Positions 24,531 to 31,921 of a DNA stretch of 58,957 nt are shown here, piece by piece. The DNA is taken from positions 1 to 58,957 of the forward strand of contig JBDSMX010000263.1 in NCBI GenBank assembly GCA_039915645.1, written 5' to 3'. Source of the DNA: Gemmatimonadales bacterium (lineage in GTDB: Bacteria; Gemmatimonadota; Gemmatimonadetes; Gemmatimonadales; GWC2-71-9). The first letter of the stretch is position 1; every line of letters begins with the position of its first letter. Below the pieces are notes generated by a model. The model was not told the origin of the DNA and searched no databases. It saw only the letters and a list, made by a program, of their open reading frames with translations. A program made the position numbers and the translations under genes.

Positions 24531-25267
24531 CGAGGAAGCCCTTTGAGCCACGACTGGAAGGCCTCGAAGTCGGCGAGGTCATCCGGGTGGTCGGCGGTGG
24601 GATTTGCCTTGTAAAAGGCATCGTAGGCCGTCCCGTACCCTTCGCTGGGCGGCGTCACCGCGGCAAGCGCCCCGAGCCATTCACGAAGCGAGCGACCACC
24701 GCTGACCGCCGCGTCGTACGGCCGCGGCCGGCGGCCTTCGGCCTCGGCGGCGATCCGGTCGCGTCGGGCCCGCAGATCGGCATTCTCCGGATCACGGTCG
24801 AGGAGCGCGCTGTACACTTCCGAGGCGCGCTCGAGGTGACCCTGCCGGTGGTAGAGAACCGCCAGCGATTCAGTCAGCAACGGTTCCGCGTCTGTGGAGG
24901 CCGGCTCGTCATCGGTGAACAGCAGTTCCTCCGACTCTTCCAAAGCGACCGCGGGCTCCTCGGCGACCTGATCCTCGAAGAATTCCAGGGCGCGCAGGAC
25001 GATCGGGTTGCCGGGATCCACCGCCAACCCCTCGCGCAAGGCTCGCTCGGCCGCCTCGCCGTCTCCCTGATCGAGTCGGATCCGAGACAGCACCAGGAGT
25101 CCCCGGAGGTCGCCAGGGTGAGAAGCCAGTCCCTGGAGCGCCACCGTCGCCGCAGCTGCCTGGTCGCCGCGCTTTCGCAGCCCTTCCGCGAGCACCGCGA
25201 ACGGGGCCTGGTCCGGCGACTCCCGCCACAACCGGGACAGCTCATCAAGCGAAAAGGACTCAGACAT
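24527..25267 (-). CDS. Tetratricopeptide repeat protein
   Basis: N-terminal TPRs ([13 protein letters not shown]), acidic linker, [15 protein letters not shown], amphipathic C-terminus FQSWLKGL. Confidence 0.8.
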   Translation of the reverse strand: MSESFSLDELSRLWRESPDQAPFAVLAEGLRKRGDQAAAATVALQGLASHPGDLRGLLVLSRIRLDQGDGEAAERALREGLAVDPGNPIVLRALEFFEDQVAEEPAVALEESEELLFTDDEPASTDAEPLLTESLAVLYHRQGHLERASEVYSALLDRDPENADLRARRDRIAAEAEGRRPRPYDAAVSGGRSLREWLGALAAVTPPSEGYGTAYDAFYKANPTADHPDDLADFEAFQSWLKGLPR

Positions 25268-25304
25268 AGGCTCTGGGACGCGGGCCGAAGAGGAGGGATC
25301 GCAA

Positions 25305-25397
25305 CACTAGCCCCCGCCAAGCCCCGGTGTCAACCACACCTGAGCAGGCTGGAAGTCAGTCAACGCCTTGAGGTTCGGGCACGGGAGGCCTAGGTTT
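25305..25397. promoter_or_regulatory. Divergent sigma70-type promoters
   Basis: Minus strand TTGACA-N18-TAGTGT toward the TPR-aroQ operon; plus strand TTGAGG-N17-TAGGTT toward the SurA/PpiD gene. Confidence 0.55.
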
Positions 25398-25439
25398 CCG
25401 GGCTATGTCTCACCCAGTCCGGAGCCGGTTGAACAGCCT

Positions 25440-27293
25440 ATGATGCAAGCCTTCCGTAACGCCGCGAAGCCGGTGGTCTACCTCATCACGATCACCTTCC
25501 TCGCCTGGCTCATCGTGGACTTGAGCGGGATCACCGGTAACGGTGGCATCCTGACCAAGACCAACGTGGGCTCCATCAACGGTACGACCGTCGATGCCCG
25601 CATCTATCAGCAGGCCGTTCAGCAGGCGATCACTCAGCGCCAGCAGGAAACCGGCAAGTCGCTCGGTCTCGAAGAGACGGAGCAGGTGCGCAATGATGTC
25701 TGGGATCAGTTCGTGGCCAACGCGGTCATCACCGACCAGATCGAGAAGCGCAACATCACGGTGAACTCTGACGAGATTGCCGACGCGATCCGGAATGTCC
25801 CGCCGCCTGAAGTCCAGACGATGCCGGACTTCCAGACTGGCGGCAAGTTCGACATGACGAAGTACCAGCGCTGGCTCGCCTCGCCGGTCGGTCAGTCGGC
25901 AGTGCCGGTGCTCGAGGCGCGTTACCGCGGCGAGATCCTGCAGAACAAGCTGCTCCGCAACGTGACCGCCGACGTCTTCCTCTCGGACGCATCGTTGTGG
26001 GAGCGGTACTCGGACCAGCATGAGCAGGTGAAGATTTCGCTCACCGCCATCATCCCGCGCAACGCCGTCCCCGACAGCGCCGTGACGGTGACGCCGGCTG
26101 AGGCAGAGACCTACTACAACGCCCACAAGGACGAGTTCAAGCGTCCACGCACGGCATATCTCTCGTTCGTCGCGGTCCCGCGCCGGATCGATGCCAGTGA
26201 CTCCTCTGCCGCGTTGGCCCGGGCGAAGGCTGTGCGCGCCGAGATCGTCGGCGGTGCGCCTTTCGCCGAAGTCGCCAAGCGGGAGTCGTCTGACACGATC
26301 AGCGCTCGTGCGGGTGGCGACCTGGGCGAGTTTGCCAAGGGCACCATGACCGCCCCGTTCGACAAGGCCGTCTTCTCGATGCCGCTCAACACGGTCTCCG
26401 AGCCGCTGTTGACCGAATTCGGATACCACGTCATCGAAGTCACCAAGCGGACTGGCGACAAGGTGACGGCGCGGCACGTCCTCATCCCGATCGACCTCGC
26501 CGGCGCGCATCGCGATCTGGTGGACCGGCAGGCCGATTCGCTCGAGCGCCTCGCCGCCGAGCATCTTGATCCGGCAGCCCTCGACACGGCGGCGCGTTCA
26601 TTGAAGCTGCCCATTGGTCAGTCCGGCCCGGTGCAGGAAGGGACGCGGGTACTGCTCGGCACCTACGTCATTCCTGATGCCGGCGTCTGGGCCTTCCAGG
26701 CCAAGGTCGGTGAGACCTCGCCGGTTATCGATGGTGATGCGGCGTTCTACGTGTTCCGTGTGGACTCGCTGCTCGAGGCCGGCACGCCGCCACTCGCGAG
26801 CGTGAAGGCCGGTGTCATTTCGGTGGTGTCCGACCAGAAGAAAGAGGCGAAGGCCAAGGCGATCGGCGTCGAGTTGACCCGTCGCCTCACCACCGGGCTC
26901 TCGCTCCCTGACGCCTCCAAGGCGCTCGGGTTGCCGAACCGCGAGTTCCCGCTCTTCTCGCGCGTGAATCCGCCGATCACGGTACCCCAGTTGATCGGCG
27001 CGTCGTTCGCGATGCCGCAGGGAAAGCCGAGCCCGGTGATCACCTCTCCCGACGGGATGTACGTGATCGAAGTCCTCGAGAAGGTGCCGGCCGACTCGAC
27101 ACAGTTCATCAAGGACAAGGATCAGATCCGTGCCGACATGATCCGCGCGGCGCGACAGGAGCGGGTGCGCCAGTACATGGCCGCGCTGCGTGCCGCCGCC
27201 AAGATCAAGGATGAGCGCGCGGGGCTGCAGCGTACCAATGCCCAGGCCGAGGCCACCGCGGCCGCGCAGCAGACGGGCAAGGCCAAGCGGTAG
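25440..27293 (+). CDS. SurA N-terminal domain / PpiD-like parvulin peptidyl-prolyl isomerase
   Basis: N-terminal membrane anchor, VGSING, parvulin motifs FAEVAKRESSD, GGDLGEF, FGYHVIEV. Confidence 0.9.
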   Translation: MMQAFRNAAKPVVYLITITFLAWLIVDLSGITGNGGILTKTNVGSINGTTVDARIYQQAVQQAITQRQQETGKSLGLEETEQVRNDVWDQFVANAVITDQIEKRNITVNSDEIADAIRNVPPPEVQTMPDFQTGGKFDMTKYQRWLASPVGQSAVPVLEARYRGEILQNKLLRNVTADVFLSDASLWERYSDQHEQVKISLTAIIPRNAVPDSAVTVTPAEAETYYNAHKDEFKRPRTAYLSFVAVPRRIDASDSSAALARAKAVRAEIVGGAPFAEVAKRESSDTISARAGGDLGEFAKGTMTAPFDKAVFSMPLNTVSEPLLTEFGYHVIEVTKRTGDKVTARHVLIPIDLAGAHRDLVDRQADSLERLAAEHLDPAALDTAARSLKLPIGQSGPVQEGTRVLLGTYVIPDAGVWAFQAKVGETSPVIDGDAAFYVFRVDSLLEAGTPPLASVKAGVISVVSDQKKEAKAKAIGVELTRRLTTGLSLPDASKALGLPNREFPLFSRVNPPITVPQLIGASFAMPQGKPSPVITSPDGMYVIEVLEKVPADSTQFIKDKDQIRADMIRAARQERVRQYMAALRAAAKIKDERAGLQRTNAQAEATAAAQQTGKAKR

Positions 27294-27322
27294 CTCGAAC
27301 GATCACCGGCACTACCGCACGC

Positions 27323-27363
27323 AGAACGGGCGCCCGAGTCAACTCGGGCGCCCGTTCTCTTTT
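27323..27363 (+). terminator. Intrinsic terminator between the convergent SurA/PpiD gene and tatA
   Basis: Perfect 17-bp inverted repeat AGAACGGGCGCCCGAGT-ca-ACTCGGGCGCCCGTTCT followed by CTTTT. Confidence 0.85.
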
Positions 27364-27379
27364 CATCCTGCCAGGCGGA

Positions 27380-27634
27380 TTACTGCGACAGCCGCTTCGG
27401 CTCACCACTGGTTGGCGCTGCACCTGGCGTGCTCGTCCGGTCGCCATCGAGAAGACCCTTCCGCTCGGCCTCGGGCGGATTGAGGACGGCGTCCTGGGTA
27501 TCGGTGAGTGACCGCTTGAACTCGCGGATGCCCTTCCCCATCGAGGAGCCGATTTCAGGCAGCCGCTTTGCTCCGAAGACGAGCAACGCGACCACCAGCA
27601 GGATCATGATTTCGCTAAAGCCAAGATTTGGCAT
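27380..27634 (-). CDS. tatA: Twin-arginine translocase TatA/TatE subunit
   Basis: GFSEIMILLVVALLVFGAKRLPEIGSSMGKGIREFK. Confidence 0.93.
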   Translation of the reverse strand: MPNLGFSEIMILLVVALLVFGAKRLPEIGSSMGKGIREFKRSLTDTQDAVLNPPEAERKGLLDGDRTSTPGAAPTSGEPKRLSQ

Positions 27635-27647
27635 TGCTGACTCCAGT

Positions 27648-27920
27648 TCAGAAGAGCGAGCGGGCAGCGTAATACGCTACTGCGACGCCGAGCAGGCTCA
27701 ACAGGGTGACGTGCATCCCCAGCGGCCCAAGTGTGAAGGATACCACGAGGAGATTGACCGAAACAGGCCCGAGGGTCGGAGTCACGGCAAAGGTGAAGAA
27801 GGACCTGGCCGCGCTCTCGGGGAGGAATCGTTCCATCAAGGCTGCCAGGAACCCACCGAGGATGAACCCGAACACCAGCATCCCGAGATAGAAGCCTTTG
27901 CGGTTGGTCGAGGAGGGCAT
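27648..27920 (-). CDS. DUF4321-like small membrane protein
   Basis: 90 aa. TM GFILGGFL, GPVSVNLLVVSFTLG and a C-terminal TM; start at ATG 27920. Family assigned from memory of the pattern. Confidence 0.7.
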   Translation of the reverse strand: MPSSTNRKGFYLGMLVFGFILGGFLAALMERFLPESAARSFFTFAVTPTLGPVSVNLLVVSFTLGPLGMHVTLLSLLGVAVAYYAARSLF

Positions 27921-27921
27921 A

Positions 27922-28914
27922 TCAGCGTCTCCGGTCGAGGACGAAACCCAGGGCCGAGCGGAGCGTCTCCCGGGCCGGCGACTCAGGCAGTTCCGCGAGG
28001 TCATCCTCGGCCTGCGACATCAGTCGCTGGGCGCGCTCACGGGCGTACTCCAGACCACCGTGCGCGGTGACTGCGGCGATCACGGCGGCGATGGCATCCG
28101 GATCCGGATCCGGGTCGCCCATCAGCCCCTCGAGAGCGGCACGTTCGCCGGGTGAGAGATGCGGCAGGGCGTGGATCAGCGGGAGGGTCACCTTGTGCTC
28201 GTGCAGGTCGAGCCCGGACGGCTTCCCGGTGATCGCCTGATCGGCGGTGTAATCCAGCAGGTCGTCGGTGATCTGGAACGCCATCCCGAGCTTCTCGCCG
28301 AAGCGCGCCAACGCCCGTCGTTGGGCAATGGGGGCGCCGATCGCCCCGACCTCGCAGGCGCCAGACATCAGCGAGGCCGTCTTGGCGCGGATCAGCAGGT
28401 CGTACTGCTCCTCGCTGAAATCGAGCGGATCGTGCGCCAGCAATTGCCGCATCTCTCCAACGGTCATCTCGGTCGTCACGCGCGAAAGAATCCGCAGCGC
28501 ATCGAGATCCTCGAGGCGAACCAGTTCGACAACGGCTCGCGAATAGAGGAAGTCGCCCATGATGACCGACACCTGGTGCGAAAACAGGGCGTTGATCGTC
28601 GGCATCCCGCGGCGGAGCGTGGAGTGGTCGACCGAGTCGTCATGGACCAGCGTGGCAAGGTGGATGAGTTCGAGGACTGCGGCGAGCGTTGCAGCGCGCG
28701 GTGTGGGTCCGCCAGTCGCCTGATCGGCAAGGAGCACGAGGGTGGGCCGGAACATCTTTCCGCGCATCCGCAGCAAATGCTGATTGACTTCGCCGATGAG
28801 TGGAAAGTCATCCTCGATCATCCGCCGCATCTCGCCTTCGACCTGGTCGAGACGCATGCCGACCGGGCGCTGGAGATCCGCGAGTGTCACGGCGCCGAGC
28901 TGGGGCGCGGTCAC
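27922..28914 (-). CDS. Polyprenyl diphosphate synthase (IspB-like)
   Basis: GKMFRP, first Asp-rich motif LVHDDSVD..RRG, KTASL, second Asp-rich motif FQITDDLLD. Confidence 0.93.
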   Translation of the reverse strand: MTAPQLGAVTLADLQRPVGMRLDQVEGEMRRMIEDDFPLIGEVNQHLLRMRGKMFRPTLVLLADQATGGPTPRAATLAAVLELIHLATLVHDDSVDHSTLRRGMPTINALFSHQVSVIMGDFLYSRAVVELVRLEDLDALRILSRVTTEMTVGEMRQLLAHDPLDFSEEQYDLLIRAKTASLMSGACEVGAIGAPIAQRRALARFGEKLGMAFQITDDLLDYTADQAITGKPSGLDLHEHKVTLPLIHALPHLSPGERAALEGLMGDPDPDPDAIAAVIAAVTAHGGLEYARERAQRLMSQAEDDLAELPESPARETLRSALGFVLDRRR

Positions 28915-30809
28915 GAATTGCCGCCGGCGAGATTGGTCAGTCGATCGGTCACGTCATGAAAGCCGACATCGACTGCCAGCACCCGTTCGTAGCAACCGCG
29001 GGCATCGGCATGCTTGCCCTGGGCCTCTTGTGCACGGCCGAGCCAGTACAGCACACCGATCTTTTCGGCGTCGTCTTCGGGACCGCGCTCCACCGCACGC
29101 AGGACTGCCTCGGCGACCGCTGGACGACCTTGATCGTAGAAGGTCTCCCCCAGCGCTTCCGAGGTGCGCAGGCGGGCTGCAGGGGAGCGCAGCGCCTTCT
29201 GGAACTCCCCGATCGCTTCGTCGAGCAATCCCATTTCCTTGAAGGCGATGCCAAGATCGTAGTGCGCCTGATGGTCCTCGATCGGCAGGTTCTGATCGAG
29301 CGCGCGCTTGAATTCGGCCAGCGCTTCGCGGAAAGTTTCGTCCTCGTCGGGCGAGATCGCCGTAGTCTCGGTGCGCATCCGGGTGGAGCGCGGCCCGGCA
29401 TCCTCGTTCATCATCGCGGCGAAGTCGATGAACCCGTCGGCGGTCTTTTCGCTCGGCGCATCAGGGTGCATCGCCCGGAGCGCTGCCCTCGCGCGTTCGT
29501 GATACTCGTCGAGTTCGAGCACCCGGCGATAGACCGCGACCGCCTTGTCAGTGCTTCCTTCGCGAACGAAGGCATCGCCCAGTTCCACATACGACTCGCA
29601 GAGCCGCGGGCCATCCTTCATCTGCGAGGCCACCTCGACCCGCGCCTGATAGCGATTGATCGAGGCCGGCTCGGCCTGAACCAGCTCCGACGAGACCTGC
29701 CAGGCATGCAACCACTCGCCGCGCTCCTGGTAGCCCGCGAGCGCTGTCTCGAGTCGAGCGATGCCACCAGCGCGATCGCCGTGCTCGAGGAGCGCGTGAC
29801 CGGTGACCCGCTGCCCCAGCGGATCGTCAAGCGTCACGCCTTCGGGGAGCGATGGCATCGCGGGAGTCGGTGGTGCGATGTCGGCGCCATCGGTCTCGAG
29901 GAAGACCAGAGGAGCGCCGCCCTCAACCGTCGTTTCCGGAATGTCATCGAGCGAGATCGTGTCGGCCGTCGGCGGCGCTTCAAACGAAGTCGCTTCGAGG
30001 CCATCGATGCGGGCCTGCGTCCCCGCAGCCGCGGCCGTGAGTCCGACATCCACCAGTCCGTCGAGCATGACGCTTGGCGGAGTCGGTGCGTCCGGATCGG
30101 TCTGCTGGGTTGACTGCTCAAGGCCCTCGAGTTGGCTCACCTCGGAGGGGCGCTCGAATTCAATGTGGTCGACGACGGTTGGATCGATCGCATGATCGGC
30201 GACCGGCCCCGGGATCACTTCGGAGGCGCGCTCGAGACGGAGATCGGTGTCGATGAACACCAGCCCGCGCGCCGGCTCCACACTGCTGCCGCCAGGTGTG
30301 ACAACTTCTTCCGGAGCGTGGTCGCGGCCGAGCAATTCATCGACCAGACCCTGCAGGTCGCGCCAGCTCGAGAATTCGGCGGCGAAAGCGTCGACGGCTG
30401 ATTTTGCTGGCTCACTCTGCCCCGCGCGCTCCATCCGTTCGAGGTAGGTGCTGAGCTGGTGACGAACGTCATAGAGCACGCGCTTGCGAGCCTGATAGCG
30501 CGCGAGCTCGAGGTGGGTGCGGATGCGATCGGGGTCGAGGCGGAGAATCTTGCCACAGAGCGCAATGGCGTTGTTGAAGAATCCCTGCTCGCCATAGCGG
30601 GCGGCGGCCTGATCCCAGGCGTCGCAGGCGGCGGACTCGTCGCCGGCCTTGTGCTCGAGATCGCCAATGCGGTTGTAGAGGGAGGGATCAGCCCCTTCGG
30701 TCCCTCCTTCCGCCTCGCGAATGGCCTGGCGATAAAGCTCGATCGCCGCCCGCCATTCTTCGCGCTGTTCGTGCTGGCGCGCGGCGACTTTGAGCTTGTC
30801 AAGCGTCAT
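28911..30809 (-). CDS. Large TPR protein with SgmX-like C-terminal TPR module
   Basis: N-terminal TPRs (LYNRIGDL, NNAIALCGKIL), acidic linker, C-terminal DHQAHYDLGIAFKEMGLLDEAIGEFQKAL...FHDVTDRL. Confidence 0.8.
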   Translation of the reverse strand: MTLDKLKVAARQHEQREEWRAAIELYRQAIREAEGGTEGADPSLYNRIGDLEHKAGDESAACDAWDQAAARYGEQGFFNNAIALCGKILRLDPDRIRTHLELARYQARKRVLYDVRHQLSTYLERMERAGQSEPAKSAVDAFAAEFSSWRDLQGLVDELLGRDHAPEEVVTPGGSSVEPARGLVFIDTDLRLERASEVIPGPVADHAIDPTVVDHIEFERPSEVSQLEGLEQSTQQTDPDAPTPPSVMLDGLVDVGLTAAAAGTQARIDGLEATSFEAPPTADTISLDDIPETTVEGGAPLVFLETDGADIAPPTPAMPSLPEGVTLDDPLGQRVTGHALLEHGDRAGGIARLETALAGYQERGEWLHAWQVSSELVQAEPASINRYQARVEVASQMKDGPRLCESYVELGDAFVREGSTDKAVAVYRRVLELDEYHERARAALRAMHPDAPSEKTADGFIDFAAMMNEDAGPRSTRMRTETTAISPDEDETFREALAEFKRALDQNLPIEDHQAHYDLGIAFKEMGLLDEAIGEFQKALRSPAARLRTSEALGETFYDQGRPAVAEAVLRAVERGPEDDAEKIGVLYWLGRAQEAQGKHADARGCYERVLAVDVGFHDVTDRLTNLAGGNS

Positions 30810-30862
30810 GGCCGACCAGGGGTTGGGTGTGGCTCAAGTATCGATGGGACTTGAGGTTCTAA

Positions 30863-30891
30863 GTGTAGGCCGGGCCCCGGTCAGGGGCAAG
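30863..30891 (-). promoter_or_regulatory. Putative sigma70 promoter of the TPR-polyprenyl synthase-DUF4321-tatA unit
   Basis: Minus strand TTGCCC-N17-TACACT. Confidence 0.5.
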
Positions 30892-30941
30892 CTGACCGAG
30901 GCCGGGACGACCCGGAACACGTCCCCCCAAGTATCGACCGA

Positions 30942-31790
30942 TTACTCCCAATTCACCCGGATCAGCTCCGGATTTCCGGGATCGTTCTGGAAAGCCCAGT
31001 CGAGGAGCAGGAAGCCGGCGCCCACCGAGACGACCCGGAGCGCACCAAAGCGCTTGAAGCCATCCGCGCCGGTCATCTGGACCACGTATCCCCAGCCCGC
31101 GATCGCCTCGACGCCGGTCCGGGCGAAGCCGGTGAGTGGGGCCACGTCGATGTCGTGAAGTGAGCCAACCGGCGCCTGTCCATAGACCGCGATCTCGGTA
31201 CCGGCGCGCTGGGGCACCAGGGTGAAGCGGCCGCCGGCATCCCGCTGCACGACCAAGTCAACATCGGCCGCACCACTCATCACCCAGCCCAGCTCGGAAC
31301 GGACCGCGCCACCGTTGCCGTCGAGGTCGCGCCAGAAGCGGAAGCCGGCGCGGGTGTCATCCGACTGCCGCGCGTACACGGCGACGCTGGTCGATTCAAA
31401 CCGTGGAGTGTCCTCGCGAGTCGGCGAGCGATCCGACTCGAACCCTTCGACGCTCTCGGCGGTCACCGAGAAGCAGCGCGGCGCGCCATTGGTCAGGGCC
31501 CCGGCCACGAAATCATTGGCCACCGTGGTCCCTTCCACCGACCAGGGCGTCAGGCAGAGATCCCGATCGAGGTCGTAGGGCGACGAGTAGACGCGATAGA
31601 GTCGGAATCGGCCCGGTGAGGCGCGGAACGGCTCGTCACTCCAGTGCAGCGCGACGCCACCATCGAGCGAAGTGGTGGTGAGGGTCGCAGGCCGGGGCAG
31701 CGGACCGTCATCGGGAAGAGTGAAGATGTTCTGGCAGCCAGCAAGCCAGGGGAGAATCAGGACCTTGAGCAACAACGAGCGAAACGACAT
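30942..31790 (-). CDS. Putative lipoprotein with a fibronectin-III-like segment
   Basis: Lipobox LAG-C after the signal peptide MSFRSLLLKVLILPW. FN3-like pattern VALHWS...YRVY...FSVTAESVEGFES. Confidence 0.75.
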   Translation of the reverse strand: MSFRSLLLKVLILPWLAGCQNIFTLPDDGPLPRPATLTTTSLDGGVALHWSDEPFRASPGRFRLYRVYSSPYDLDRDLCLTPWSVEGTTVANDFVAGALTNGAPRCFSVTAESVEGFESDRSPTREDTPRFESTSVAVYARQSDDTRAGFRFWRDLDGNGGAVRSELGWVMSGAADVDLVVQRDAGGRFTLVPQRAGTEIAVYGQAPVGSLHDIDVAPLTGFARTGVEAIAGWGYVVQMTGADGFKRFGALRVVSVGAGFLLLDWAFQNDPGNPELIRVNWE

Positions 31791-31826
31791 GACCAGCTCC
31801 ACGCGAGTGAGTTGCGAAGAGCATTG

Positions 31827-31841
31827 GCAGACTGTGTGCCG
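31827..31841 (-). promoter_or_regulatory. Putative sigma54 (-24/-12) promoter of the lipoprotein gene
   Basis: Minus strand cGGCACacagtcTGC, an exact GG-N10-GC; a GGAG SD lies between it and the ATG. Confidence 0.55.
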
Positions 31842-31921
31842 GAGCGATCAGCGTTTCAATGGGGAAACACGATATGGTCGTGACCCGACTACAGGACAGC
31901 AGCGTCCGGATTCAGGGACAC

